From: Lineus longissimus
Lineage: Eukaryota
DNA: 64,000 nt
Assembly (NCBI RefSeq): GCF_910592395.1
Contig: NC_088308.1
Coordinates: 1,426,001-1,490,000 of the forward strand
Reading direction: 5' to 3'
The position numbers were made by a program, and so were the translations under genes. The notes under the pieces were generated by a model. It was not told the DNA's origin, searched no databases, and was given only the letters and a program-made list of their open reading frames with translations. Below, in pieces: positions 14,122-26,238 of the stretch; position 1 is the stretch's first letter, and each line of letters opens with the position of its first letter.

Positions 14122-14149
14122 CTTGGAGGAATGATATAATTCCTCCAAG
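14122..14149. mobile_element. 28-bp palindromic micro-insertion with 7-bp target-site duplication
   Basis: cttggaggaat-gatata-attcctccaag (perfect 11-bp arms) flanked by tgtagac at 14115-14121 and 14150-14156. Confidence 0.7.
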
Positions 14150-14553
14150 TGTAGACTGATCATTGTGTAAACTGGGATCAACTACATCGCTGGGAATTGA
14201 TTAAAGAGGCCACATATCTGAAGAAGATCAGCGATGAAACATCGCTTAAGTAGCTTGGTGCAAGCTTGGGGAATGGCCAAACTATTATAACTCAGCAACC
14301 CCGTACCCCATTCGGTATGGCATAGGTAAGGCGAACGATTAAAGATGCCGCATATACGATTAGGTGACTGATAAAGATCAGCGAAGCATTAGATTACATC
14401 GTGTATCCTATAAAGGTCCAAACTTTTAGAAATTGTCAAGCACTTTATGCATAAAGCTTGCCACATGGCACAACTGTTCGAATATACAACTGTTATGGAT
14501 ATCACTTAGCTTATATCTTCTTTGATCTAACGATACGACAGTCATGCCTGGTC

Positions 14554-17053
14554 TCAATATTGCACAATGAAATATCTGTAATAATCGAAGGAGTATTCAT
14601 TGCCGACAAGACACAACAAAATCTTAAAGGGTTTCAGAGCGTCCGAGTTGTTGATGGTCAGTTTCCCTGATACCTGCTTCCTCTTCCTGTTATAACGGGA
14701 GGAGACCCTGAAGTTGGTAGAGGTCTCTATCTCGTTGGCTCTGTAGATGGTGGTGAAGTCCTTTCTGTTGGGAATGAATCCGAAGATGGAGTCAAAGAGG
14801 TAGAACTTGGCGAAAGGTCGCGGCGAGCCTGTCCCGCCACATCGGAGGCGGATAGACTGGAAGAGAACATGAAACATTGAGGTTATGCCAGACCGTTTAA
14901 TATAATTGAACATACGTAAGTGCAGGAAAATATGTGCTACGTCGCAAATCTACACCTTGCATGGTTTAAAAGTTTAGGTGAACATGTATTGGTGACGCGG
15001 TTCAGACTTTCGATAATAAATTGGAGGTATCAGTTGTCACGCACAAAACTCCGAAAGGGCGGAGCTACATGTATGATGTGCTGAAATGACAGCTCCAGCC
15101 GAGTTCATCTGTAATTATCAAGGTCGCAGTCGGCTCTTGATCTCCTATGGAATGTTGGGATCCGTCGCGAATGGAGCCTATGGTTTCAGAATCAGGTTCA
15201 TATTTTTCTGGACTGAAGTATAAGCTACGATCCACTGTCTGCTTACCCTTTGGCGTCTGACAGATATCGTCCTCGCTTCCGGTGAGCGCCGCACCATTTT
15301 AACCGGTTCGTACCAGCGAATCTGGAAGTCGACTGATGCCTGGTTATCGCCGATGCTGTTACACGTATAGTTGTTCTTGCTTCCTTGCTTTACACTAAAC
15401 GCTTCCCCTGTCACAGTTTTTAGACCAAAAACCAGCGAACTTTTTCCGAGTGGGATACGTTTGGAGCCGTTCTTCTTGTAGGCTCTCAGCCGGGGTGCGC
15501 GCTGGGAATGTGCGAAGCACGTCACAGATGGCCGCCATAGCGCCCACTTTGGAAGCGGTATGATGGATGTTCCGTCTTGATCGAACGTCTGCGTCCGGTT
15601 GAAGATCCAAGCGAGTTCGTTGTAGACTACAAAGGCTGGTGGGATCTTACGCCGGCTTCGGAGGTCAACGAATATCTGCAACAGCGCCATGGTGTGGTAT
15701 CGGTAGGGGCCACCAGGCAACCAGTACGCCGTCTGCTGAGACACGGAATACACACCGGCATCAGTCCTCAGCCATGGCCGAAACTTGATATAAACGGTTA
15801 AGTTAGAGAAGCTACCGGAGTTCTGAATGTATTTAGTGTAGTTCAAGTTGGGTGCACCGAAATTGTATCGAGTTATGTTATTGAAGCGTTGCTGGAGGAC
15901 AAGGCTGTCCCCGGCGCGGTGAAGATGACGAGAAAATCCATAATGTGCCGTAGCGTCGTCTAGTTGGTTCTCTATCTTCAATGTCAAGGTCAACTCCTCA
16001 CCTGGGCCGACGATATACAGTGGTTTCGGCACCTCCAAAAGGATAGGCAATTTTATTGTGCCGTCATGGACAAGCTGGAGGGTGTGGATGTTCAACGTCA
16101 ACACAACGGTTGTGCATCGATGTTCAATGCTGATTCGGGCGTAGACCTTCTTCTTGGGATCCAATATAGGACCGCCCTTGATTCGAAACTTGGTCGAGTT
16201 GTTTTCCTTGAGAGCAGTGACTTCAAAGTTATCATCACCTGTTAAGGAAGAAAGCAGAGTGGCTTTATAATCGAGGAACGCGTCGACTGGTGTTATGTAA
16301 ACGAGTCAGTGATCATCAAGCTCTGAATTTAAGCAGTGGTTTATAAATTGTTCTTTACCTTCATCCGGAACAAAGTAATACAGCGCAGTATTCGGCCAGA
16401 TGTCGTAGTACTCTCGAATGATCCAGGTCAAGGTCACTGGATCTTTTGTCGTCATTTCCGTTTCCGCCAGAATCTGAACACCTCCGTCCGTAGCGGTTTG
16501 CTTGAACCGGAAGTTGTCGAGTCTGGGGTACTCGATTCGACCGACGCAGCTTCCATAGCTGTTTTGCTGAAGAACAATGTAGAATGAACAGTGAAGCTAG
16601 AAGAGCAGATCATCATGACGAATTGTGCAAGATGATTTACGAGGTGTGGAGTAACATGCTAAAAGGATAAGCCAGAGGTCGGTCGGTCGGGGGTGCGAAT
16701 CTTTTTTAATTGGCGAATGAAAAGGGCTTAAACTTTCAGCTGGAGATGAATTCTGTCACATCAGAAACAGAGCGAGCGCCAAAGAGGATTAAACGTAAAT
16801 AGTATATATGTCAAGAAAAGTGAGCAATAGATATTCTACAGTGATACCTTTATATCGATTGACTTTATTCCTTTTTGATATATTACGTGGTTGTTCCAAT
16901 ATTTGAGATAGTGGTGCAGCGATACATCGGAACAGCAGGAACAAATCAACGGCTTGACGATATTCACGTTGCCTCAAACAAATCAACATGAAGCAAGCAA
17001 CTCACCGTCAGAAGTTGGAACACACAGAGAAGAACTAGTCCTTGCACATACAT
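14554..17053 (-). CDS. Secreted immunoglobulin-like domain protein, uncharacterised (~516 aa)
   Basis: Exons 17053-17006 (MYVQGLVLLCVFQLLT, signal-like), 16566-16359, 16238-15247 and 14856-14554 join in frame (1551 nt). Ig hallmarks: DAGVY, VTC..NYTC, LRCGGTGSPRP..GKLTI..C..N. No transmembrane segment. Confidence 0.7.
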
Positions 17054-17781
17054 GACCACGGTATCACGGTATCACGGTGACAAGGTGTATAATATGTCTC
17101 AATGTTATTCTAACGTAACCAACACGAGAGATTTTTCTGGGATACTGATTACTAATTCTTTTAACTATGATTAGCTATCATTAACCCAAATAAGCCTTGC
17201 AGTTTGAATTGATTTAACGCTTTGTTGTGGTGGTGGAGTGTTGTCTTTATCAAAACTGAGCTGACCGAAACAAAACAGAATGTTTTGTTTGTATGTGGTA
17301 CATAATGTGCTTTATATTGGTCGAACTGGTGCTTCAGACTGGTGCGAAGACGTAGAAACTACGTCGTAATTCATGTGGTGCATATTCATTGTATCTAGCA
17401 AAGTTAAGTGGTGTATTTAAGTGTTGTAATAGCATTCTGCGATAATGACGTCACTGCAGCTGCTGCCCTCTATTTCCCCATCGCTGCATTACAGGCAATG
17501 TCGGACAAACATGCGGTTTCGTAATGGATTCAGGCTTTCTAACTAGGGCAGTTAGATTCAATCTGGCACATATCCGAGTGTTGGAAATACTATATAATTG
17601 TTCTAAATATTTCTCTCTCTGACTCTATGGTATCATTCATGCTAAAAACAATGCAGGGTCAAAGATAATTGACTTTGAAATAAGCTCAAATGCGACTGTC
17701 ACGTGACTAAAACGTCATCAATATCTTATTCAAATGACCTTGTGAGCTATAAATAGTAACTTCGCGGAATGCTATTACATG

Positions 17782-17810
17782 TACAGTGGAACCCCGGTCG
17801 GCGACCACAC
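17782..17810 (+). mobile_element. Possible solo Tc1/mariner-pogo-type terminal inverted repeat
   Basis: TA followed by CAGTGGAACCCCG resembles pogo/Tigger TIR starts. No matching opposite end was found. Confidence 0.25.
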
Positions 17811-19076
17811 CGCTATGACGACCAAGAATCGTGATCAGTCGACAGGAATCAGGGGGAAAGTCAAGAGGGTATCCCAATCCATCGAGTCAAAGCTCCGTAT
17901 CCAACTGCACCACCGGGTTAAATCAAGAGCTGAAATATTGGACCCCTCGTTACCTGTATAAACAGAAAATTCAATCTACATGTAAATGCAGATCGATCAA
18001 TCGCCATTTAATCAGTGATATGTATGGTAACTACTGTCATACAATGATTTATATAGGCCTGCAACATGCTAGGGCACTTGACCTTTTGACATTAAGTGGC
18101 ATTTACCTTACGAGGCCAAATCAAACTTATACCCATGCATGCGATCGTTGATTACTTTATGTTGTGGCGAACATCGCAACACAGTTTGTGTTTCCCGCAA
18201 TCACGCAGCCATTATATCCATTCTCCAAAGCAGCGATAATATTCAATAATACAGTAGGACCGCGCTATCACTGCGTGGAGTATGCATTATATCGTCTGCT
18301 TGAGGAGGAAATGATTGAAAGCTTGCTCGGAGAGGTGGTCGTCTGCAAGTTCGGAACTGTCGTCTGCTGAAGGAGCTTAGTTGCGAGAGAGGTAGGGATA
18401 TCAAGTCACCATACCCGTATGGTTATTTACAGTCTACATAGACCTAGAAGTTTGGACTCTGCACATGAAGTGATGGTTTACTTCGTTGATAACACCGAGG
18501 TCTGTAGTTTTTCGTCGTCTGCTGTCGATGCGTGAAACGTGAATAGGGGAAACAGAACGAAAAACACTGAAATATGGGAAACGCTGACAGATGTTGGAAA
18601 GCTGTAATTGTCAGCCGTGATAATATTTTGAAAAATCTAACGACTCACATCGGTTCGTATTGTAACATTTGTGAAGCCTTCTGTCACTAGTCGAGGTGAT
18701 AGGGGGCCTATACATAGCTAGGTAAGCTGTTCTACTTTATTACGAATAAATGGCGATATGACTATAGTGGGAGATATAGGCCTACCTGTATAACATGTAC
18801 GCATCCGTATGCCTATGCGCATAGTCAAAACACATTACTTCTGAGTGTAACTCAATGTCCTGTGCTTTGTCTGTGGAGGCTAGACTCCTGAATCAGGTGC
18901 CTGAGCTCTATTTTACAAATCCTATGTGAATTTGTATCAACAGGAATAAAGCCTTGTGGTATTTTTTTGACTCATCATTAGCATCGAAGGCGAAAATTTA
19001 CAGAATTCCCTTTTTCAGTGGCTAAACCGACTCGACTTGCCTTTCTGCGCCATCGGTACAGACCAACACAGACATC

Positions 19077-20642
19077 ATGGTCTTCTCCAAGATGCGCCAA
19101 CTCTTCCGGACCTACCCGCTCATCAGCAACATGGTCATCACCACCTCCATATACGGAGCAGGCGATGTTAACCAGCAGACTCTGTTGGGGACAGAGAAGT
19201 ACAACTGGCCTGGCACAGGCCGGATCATGACCATAGCATTTTGCGGCTTTGGACCATTTTATTATTACTGGTATAAATGGCTGGATGGGTTCTTTCCAGG
19301 GAAGGCTGTTCGAACTGTACTCCCTAAGCTATTCGTGGATCAGTTTGGTGGCTCACCTCCTTGCCTGTTTATGTTTTTTGTTGGTGAGTACCAAGCAGTG
19401 TTACTGGCAGTTTCTCCCTCTCCTCCTCCTCCTTCTTCCCAATGATCATCAAGGTGAGTGTGACTGATCAGGACTCGCTGAACATTATCAAACGCGGGGC
19501 AAGGAACATATATCGCTCGCGGCAATGACTCGATTCGTGCAGTTATTCCACGGACGAGCAGTGGACCGATCTCGTCCTGTCGCCCGGTACACGAGAACAA
19601 ACGATGGGGCGGTCCATAGTCGATCTCTTCTACTAATCTTAATTTTTTCGTTTTTGAAATCATAATTCAGGTACCAGTATACTTGAGGGTAAAGAAGACA
19701 TATTTGCCGAATTGAAGGAGAAGGGTTTAAAGACATTTGGGGTAGGTACAAGTTTAGACGAAAACGTCTTACATGTTGGTAAAAGTATCTCACGATAAGA
19801 TGAAATATACGTTGGTGACCGTGTGTAGTTTCACGAGACTTCACAGCATAGCCTAGGCTTTCAGGTTGGCCGGATCGGGGCAGCAGGTCATCAATGCCGT
19901 CAATGATGATAATGATGGTGAAGATACTGATGAAGATACTGATGACGATGACGATGACGACGGTGATAGATTTGTGCAGAAATGCTGTACAGTCCTCGAG
20001 TTTTCTCTATGGAGAAACGATAGGCCCACGTTTGCGGACCCATTTACTGAAGTTGACTTCGACACTGTTCCTTTACAGACTGGTTGCGTATTCTGGCCGA
20101 TTGCCCAGCTCGTCAACTTCTTCCTCATCCCGCCAGCGTTCAGGGCTGTCTATGTCAGTGGTGCTGCGTTCGTATGGAGTAGTGTTGTATGCTACATCAA
20201 GGCTCTGCCTTCTAAGTCAGAGGTAAGGAACAGTGTTGGCAAGATCCTTTCCTTACACCACTTATCAGTGCCACAAGTACAATGTATTCAGCCTAAGGTT
20301 TACGTCAGTGACAAGTGTCCCTTTAGTGAGGGAAATTTGCTGGCAAACCCCCATTACTTCATCCTGAATTCCAGTGCAACACTCTGTATTAATGAGTGTG
20401 CGAGAAGGACGAATACGACTGACTCTGGTATTCGAGGATGCCATCACCTCGGAGAAGACTTGACACAGCTGGTTGCGAGGCGATGACAAGCAACCATCAA
20501 CAGGCGATCGGTTCGTAAGTGTCGGGGAAGAAGGAATTCTCTTTCACTGTCGGTCACATAAGCTTACATGTTTTCATTGCAGAAAGCATCTGGTAGCGAG
20601 ATGGAAACCGGGCAGGAAACACAGTCGATAAAGGAAGACTGA
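19077..20642 (+). CDS. MPV17L: Mpv17/PMP22 family (Mpv17-like) membrane protein (~193 aa)
   Basis: Exons 19077-19383, 19671-19741, 20079-20222 and probable last exon 20583-20642. Motifs YPLISN..GAGD..QQ, GPFYYYWY.WLD, KLFVDQ and FWPIAQLVNFFLIPP.FR..YV...W are typical of the family. AATAAA at ~20998. Confidence 0.85.
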
Positions 20643-21419
20643 CATGAGAATAAGGAACTATTTGTAATGGTGCTGTCTGTCTATACGTCTTCTTAAACAC
20701 GTCACGGGTACCACTTGTCCCAGATTGGACGCCGGGAAGCATGATTAGGAGAAGAAGACAGGATCGGGAGTACCTCTTCGAAGGTACCAATGACTCGACT
20801 GCCGAACTGTCCTGGAGTGCCACTGCCTCGATAAATCTATATGTAGGCCTAGTCACTGTCGTCACAGATTCAGAGCACGTTAAAGGTACATCATGTACGT
20901 TTTGATTGTACTGAAACTATCCTTCATACCTGTAGTTTCCCTTCATGTAGTTGTATGAAGTTGAAATAGTGATTATTGTTAGAATGTTCATATTCTGAAT
21001 AAATCGAAGCCTGGTGGTAAACTATTTGCTGAGAGTGTTCTTATTGTGTTTACAGTAAGAGTAGGAGTGGAAGTCAAGCAGACGTAGTTGGAAGCTATCA
21101 TAAAGATAGCAGTTGTAGATATGGGAAGTTCTAAACCAATGCTTTTGACCAATTATACTTGGATATACAAGCTGTACCGATGGTCCGTCTAAATTGCCCT
21201 TTTCAGACGAAAAGCATTCACTTGATTATACTCGTGTACAATTTCTGCATTTTATACACGCAGTGTACTTGTTTTTCCATATAGGACAGCAATTATCATT
21301 CGGCTACTACCCACCAGTACTTTCCCAGGCAATAATGAAACAAATTGATCAATTAATGACATGAATGGTTAGGCAGAGCTAACGTTCTGATCGTAGGCCT
21401 ACTTGACTTGAAAGTTTAT

Positions 21420-21584
21420 GGGCCAAATTCATAAAGGGCGTTTAGCTTAAAACAGTGTTTAACTACTGAATAGACAGATTCAGGTCCTTCATGTAAATCT
21501 TCACCGAATATGAATAGGCCCTGAAACTGATCAGGGAGAAGTTACACTCGTCTAACCCTTAAACGCCCTTTATGAATTTGGCCC
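21420..21584. mobile_element. 165-bp MITE with perfect 25-bp TIRs
   Basis: gggccaaattcataaagggcgttta (21420-21444) and its exact reverse complement at 21560-21584. Non-coding interior; TSD unclear. Confidence 0.75.
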
Positions 21585-22843
21585 CAAGAGTTTATACATT
21601 TATGCGTATATTTGGTAAAACACTGCACTGTAGAATATCCGTGTTGAATTGAAGAGCTGGGTTTTTTAAGGGAACTATAGGCGCCATGGAACTACATGTT
21701 CTAGTGAGACCCATGACTTTCAATACTTCAGAGAAAACAAAAGCGCATATTTAACAGTCTACTCCGGGACACTGTTCTGGGACATGAACACTGTAAAACT
21801 GTTACACCGGGCTATGTGTATGTCGTTGGTTGGCCCTCAGGAATCTTTGCCAACTCTCAAATCTTCGTTTAATCACAATTAAAGAAAATATTTGTGCTAC
21901 TGAATGAGTTTTCTGAAAGGGATTGGTTTAACATTGCGATTAGAGATCTCGATGGCCCATAGATAGGGGTCCTAACTGCATGACCTGTCCCAGTCCTACA
22001 TGCCAGTACGGCATTTCCAAAGTTTCACTCTTGCAGAAAGCCGCAAAAAACTATTTTATTCATTAAGCACATTCTCTTTCAAAATACTCCATGTTTTGTA
22101 GAAGTTGAGCGAGACTTCATTTTGGCAACACTGATCGAAAGAAATGCCTGATTTCGCAAAGTCCCGTTTTATATAAACGGAATCAGCTTTAATGGATAAA
22201 GATTTTTTAAGTTCCTCTTACTGACCAATAATCCAATTTAACGTGTGCCCCCGCTAGTACGAGATCAATATCCCCTAACTCTATTCCATAGTTACAACAT
22301 GGGTTACGGGTCGAAATCCCAAGGCTTATAAGCCCGAGAATGTTTGCAGGAAACGATTGTTTTAACGTCAACGGAATTCTTTCTGTTTTCATGGCCGGAA
22401 TATGAAGAGAAAGGTTAGTAGTTCACCATTGGTCTTGATGACTCCGAGAAGCGTCAGTGACGCTGACATTGTTGTCAATTCATTAACTAATCATACATGT
22501 ATAGCCTAAGATTAATCGTAACATAACGTCTCATCGACGTTAGCCAAGTTAGAAAAGGGTTATGGCGCGACTCAGTCGGCCTTCATCCTTATTTTCCACA
22601 GAAATCATGAACTTTATCATACATGTAAACGTAGATACATGTTCATGAAGGTACGTGCATAGCCTAGGTCATTATCTGACACTGACATATCATACATGTA
22701 TTCATACAACAAACCTACTCTTACACATAGAAACATAACAAGATGTCAGAGTAAGAAATATATAAGATAATGAATGCATGTTTTTTGGTTTTTTTAGATT
22801 GATCATTGTTGCCGGTAGGCCACGTACAACCGCAAAAACCAAG

Positions 22844-24040
22844 ATGGGAGACCATATGGTCAGCCTACACAGCGAGGGATCGTCCGGGTCTAGCCTACGC
22901 ACCCAGGAGCACCTCAGCGTCAAGCATGCCCTGCCCAAGACTAGAGTTACCCACACCATTCTTCACGAGAACGTCAGCCAGGACAGACAGCTGGGGATGG
23001 TCCTAAGGACCCTGAACAACCGGCAGAAGAAGTACGAAGGTTTAGCATATCAGACGAAGAACACGTTCCTGCATAGACAGAAACGGAAGGAGGAGAAATG
23101 GAAAAGGGAGGACACGGTGAGACTTCAGAGTATGAAGTTTCCGACCATCCGGAATGTGAAGTCTGAAGATCGGCCTGGGAGCATGTTGATCATGTACCGC
23201 AAGCCCCGTTACCCTATCACCGAGTCGGACGATATCAATGAGGCCAAACCACCCGATCTGAACGAGTTCTTGCTCCCTATCATGGAGATCACGCCCGAGA
23301 AGACAGAGATTGTAACACATCGGGAAAAGACGTTCATTACAAAGCTTCCGCCTGTGGTGAAGGTGGATGAATTGAAACTCAAACGGTTCAATACGTATTG
23401 CGGGACGGGATTTCTTGAGAGGAGTTTGCCTGGAACTTCGGAGCGCTTTCGGAGGCTGACAGGATCACTTTCAGACATTCCTGCGCACTTTGAGGATCAG
23501 GAAAGGCTGCCGAAGCGATACGATGAAACCATTGATGAAAGTGTTAAAGGTAATGGAGAAGATGGGATCGTTGACGATGGAGAAATGGATGATGTATCTG
23601 ATGAGGGCGAGGTCAAGGCCAGTCAGAATGAAGTGGTTGATGAAGTGGTTGATGATGAGACACCACGTGACTGTGACGACACACCACGTGATGTTGATGT
23701 CACGCCGCATGATGATGACGGCGCTTATGATGGTGACGATGAAGCCCCGTACGATCCTTCAAAGGTTAAGACCCCCGAACCATCCCTGTATCGAAGGTTG
23801 AAGATTGATAGGGACTGTATGTTCCCAATGTTAAATAAACTCACAAAGTCGTCATCTGATGGCGCACTCTTGAATACACACAAAGTGAGCGGGGAAGGTA
23901 AAGCTTCTTTCAGGAGACTTAGTCAACAGGTTGTGCGAGATATCAAAACTAAAAGTGTGAAGGATTTGTCAAAGCGATACGGCCTCCTGGCAACTGTGAA
24001 TGCGCGATACCGGAAGTCATCCGATGGCATGAAACCGTAA
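22844..24040 (+). CDS. Uncharacterised protein, single coding exon (~398 aa) with an N-terminal coiled-coil-like segment and an acidic low-complexity region
   Basis: Long GC-richer ORF; splice acceptor tttttag ends at 22798; first downstream ATG at 22844; AATAAA at 24212. Contains a degenerate 7-aa repeat (DDxTPRD). Confidence 0.7.
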   Translation: MGDHMVSLHSEGSSGSSLRTQEHLSVKHALPKTRVTHTILHENVSQDRQLGMVLRTLNNRQKKYEGLAYQTKNTFLHRQKRKEEKWKREDTVRLQSMKFPTIRNVKSEDRPGSMLIMYRKPRYPITESDDINEAKPPDLNEFLLPIMEITPEKTEIVTHREKTFITKLPPVVKVDELKLKRFNTYCGTGFLERSLPGTSERFRRLTGSLSDIPAHFEDQERLPKRYDETIDESVKGNGEDGIVDDGEMDDVSDEGEVKASQNEVVDEVVDDETPRDCDDTPRDVDVTPHDDDGAYDGDDEAPYDPSKVKTPEPSLYRRLKIDRDCMFPMLNKLTKSSSDGALLNTHKVSGEGKASFRRLSQQVVRDIKTKSVKDLSKRYGLLATVNARYRKSSDGMKP

Positions 24041-24375
24041 CCCCTCCCCTCCGTCGCCGTGGCGGCAGACTTGAAACTGACGGCTCAGGGGAGACTTTAC
24101 AGTAATGAATGCCTATCTCTGAAGGCATGCGAGTGTTCAACCTATTAGAAAAGGGGATTGGAGATCAATTGCTGTGATTATGTATACGTGTAATACTTAG
24201 TGCCTTGATTGAATAAAGAATGATACCATGAATTGTTTTAACATTTATTTCGAACATGAACCTACATATATATTGTCCGCATAAGCATGCCGATCCTGGC
24301 TAATCTTTCCTCAGACGAAACCATAGCGATTTCGCCCCCAGAGCAGCCTGTCATATAGAATATCGTTGGTGCTTC

Positions 24376-25113
24376 TCAAAACCCAGGCTCATAGTACCTA
24401 TTGTGAAGTGCCTTCTTGTTGCTGACAAGAACACACTGGAGTTCAGGCCGCCACACCTTTACCGGCGCAGGCTCCTTCGATAAACAGGTGTCTTTCTCTT
24501 TGATCTGTTTCGTAGAGTCAAGCACAACATGACGGTGAAACACCGGATCCGTGAAACGATATTTAAATATCGGCAGAAGCGCGTTTTGTCGCTCTGTCGA
24601 GCGTAACGCGTGGAGCTTTGCTATATCCTGCTCTTCTCCAAATGACTTCCCATCGAAGAAAAAGGAGTCTTTGCTCGTCTTTAAATCAGTCGAGGACAGC
24701 TTCTCCTTCCTGCTCTGATGTGACAACGGGCTGTCCGATATCTCGGGAAGGGGAGGCACAGAACTGAACCCACTTAATGAACTCCGCAGTGATTGAATCG
24801 TCTGATGCCGTTTTTGGTTTTTGACATAATCATTCATTGGTTCCGATTTTGGCCCTTTCCGTCCGTCAACTGTCGCTGTATTCCAGTCCAAAGCGAGTCG
24901 CATCAGTTTGATATTCGTCCTCGTGCTTTTCGTCTTGTCGAATGTGAGTGATTGAGATGTCTCGATGTGTTTCACAACCTTCCCTTCCTGGATTGGTGTC
25001 AGCTCCGACATGCTGATGCTTCTGAAGACCGATAGGCGTTCCTTGAGCTCCCACAGGGGTAGTTTTGTCCTGTTGCCCCTAAACCCCGCGTTTGGGGTTG
25101 AGACATATGCCAT
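24376..25113 (-). CDS. Uncharacterised protein, single coding exon (245 aa)
   Basis: Uninterrupted ORF with ATG at 25113, an upstream acceptor near 25193 and a minus-strand AATAAA at 24249-24244. No recognisable domain. Confidence 0.6.
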   Translation of the reverse strand: MAYVSTPNAGFRGNRTKLPLWELKERLSVFRSISMSELTPIQEGKVVKHIETSQSLTFDKTKSTRTNIKLMRLALDWNTATVDGRKGPKSEPMNDYVKNQKRHQTIQSLRSSLSGFSSVPPLPEISDSPLSHQSRKEKLSSTDLKTSKDSFFFDGKSFGEEQDIAKLHALRSTERQNALLPIFKYRFTDPVFHRHVVLDSTKQIKEKDTCLSKEPAPVKVWRPELQCVLVSNKKALHNRYYEPGF

Positions 25114-25664
25114 TCTCAGAGTCTTGCATTATTCTGGCCTCCTGCGCGACACACAGGCCTTATGCTGTTACCCACAACATTGTCCAGTGGTCCTGTTCAG
25201 ATCCGAGGCAGTAATACATTGGAACAACAACCTAATCTACCAATACAAAAGTATTAATGATCCCTTTAATAAACTTAATAATGCTTACAGCAGTAGCTCA
25301 TAGCGCACAAAACCTTTCTCGAATTATAATGAATTGTATTGGATTACCCCAAGTGCATGATTATCACAGTATAGTAGGGGTAGACAAAACAATACACGGG
25401 AAATGCGAACGTAGCTGCAATAAATCCCGTGATAAACACTGTGGAGAAGACATGGAGACGCATGTAAATTATGTTGTCCTTCTGATAACTGGTTGTTTAC
25501 AGGTTGGTCCCGGTGTAGCAGTACTGAATTCCCCCATGGGAAAGGTGTCCTTCCCTATTGTATGGTGAGGACGACATAGATGACATTCCGTAATTCGGAG
25601 ATTAAATTCAAGCGCTTTATCGCGACTATACTCTTATCTTATCCATGGGGGCAACCCATTAGAG

Positions 25665-26238
25665 GACAGATCAGTGCTTGCTCTGGGTGATGGTGAACTG
25701 GGGGAACAATCCATCCTGAAGACAGATCAGTGCTAGCTCTGGACGATGGTGAACTGGGGGAACAATCCATCCTGAAGACAGATCAGTGCTAGCTCGGGCT
25801 GATGGTTTATTGGGGGAAAAACCTATCTTGAAGAGAGATCAGTGCTAGCACGGGGTGATGGTGAACTGGGGGAACAATCCATCTTGAACACAGATCAGTG
25901 CTAGCTCGGGCTGATGGTTTATTGGGGGAAAAACCTATCTTGAAGAGAGATCAGTGCTAGCACGGGGTGATGGTTTATTGGGGGAAAAACCTATCTTGAA
26001 GAGAGATCAGTGCTAGCACGGGGTGATGGTGAACTGGGGGAACAATCCATCTTGAACACAGATCAGTGCTAGCTCGGGCTGATGGTTTATTGGGGGAACA
26101 ACCCGTCTTGAAGAGAGATCAGTGCTTGCTCTGGGTGATGGTGAACTGGGAGAACAATCCATCCTGAAGACAAGCTTCAGTGCCAGCTCTGGGGGATGGT
26201 ATATTGGGGGAACACTCCATCCTGACGACAGATCAGTT
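25665..26238. repeat. 56-bp minisatellite, ~10 copies
   Basis: Unit gacagatcagtgctagctc..gatggt..ctgggggaacaatccatc.tgaa starts at 25665, 25721, 25777, 25833, 25889, 25945, 26001, 26057, 26113 and 26169, with a partial copy at 26227. Confidence 0.95.

Noticed and set aside
19866..20078. Asp-rich extension in ORF 19866..20486
   Set aside because: It is a (GAT)n-like microsatellite inside Mpv17-like intron 2; the nearby AG acceptor is out of phase with exon 2.
25665..26238. Regularly spaced repeats resembling a CRISPR array
   Set aside because: Units are contiguous tandem copies with no unique spacers, there are no cas genes, and the context is eukaryotic.
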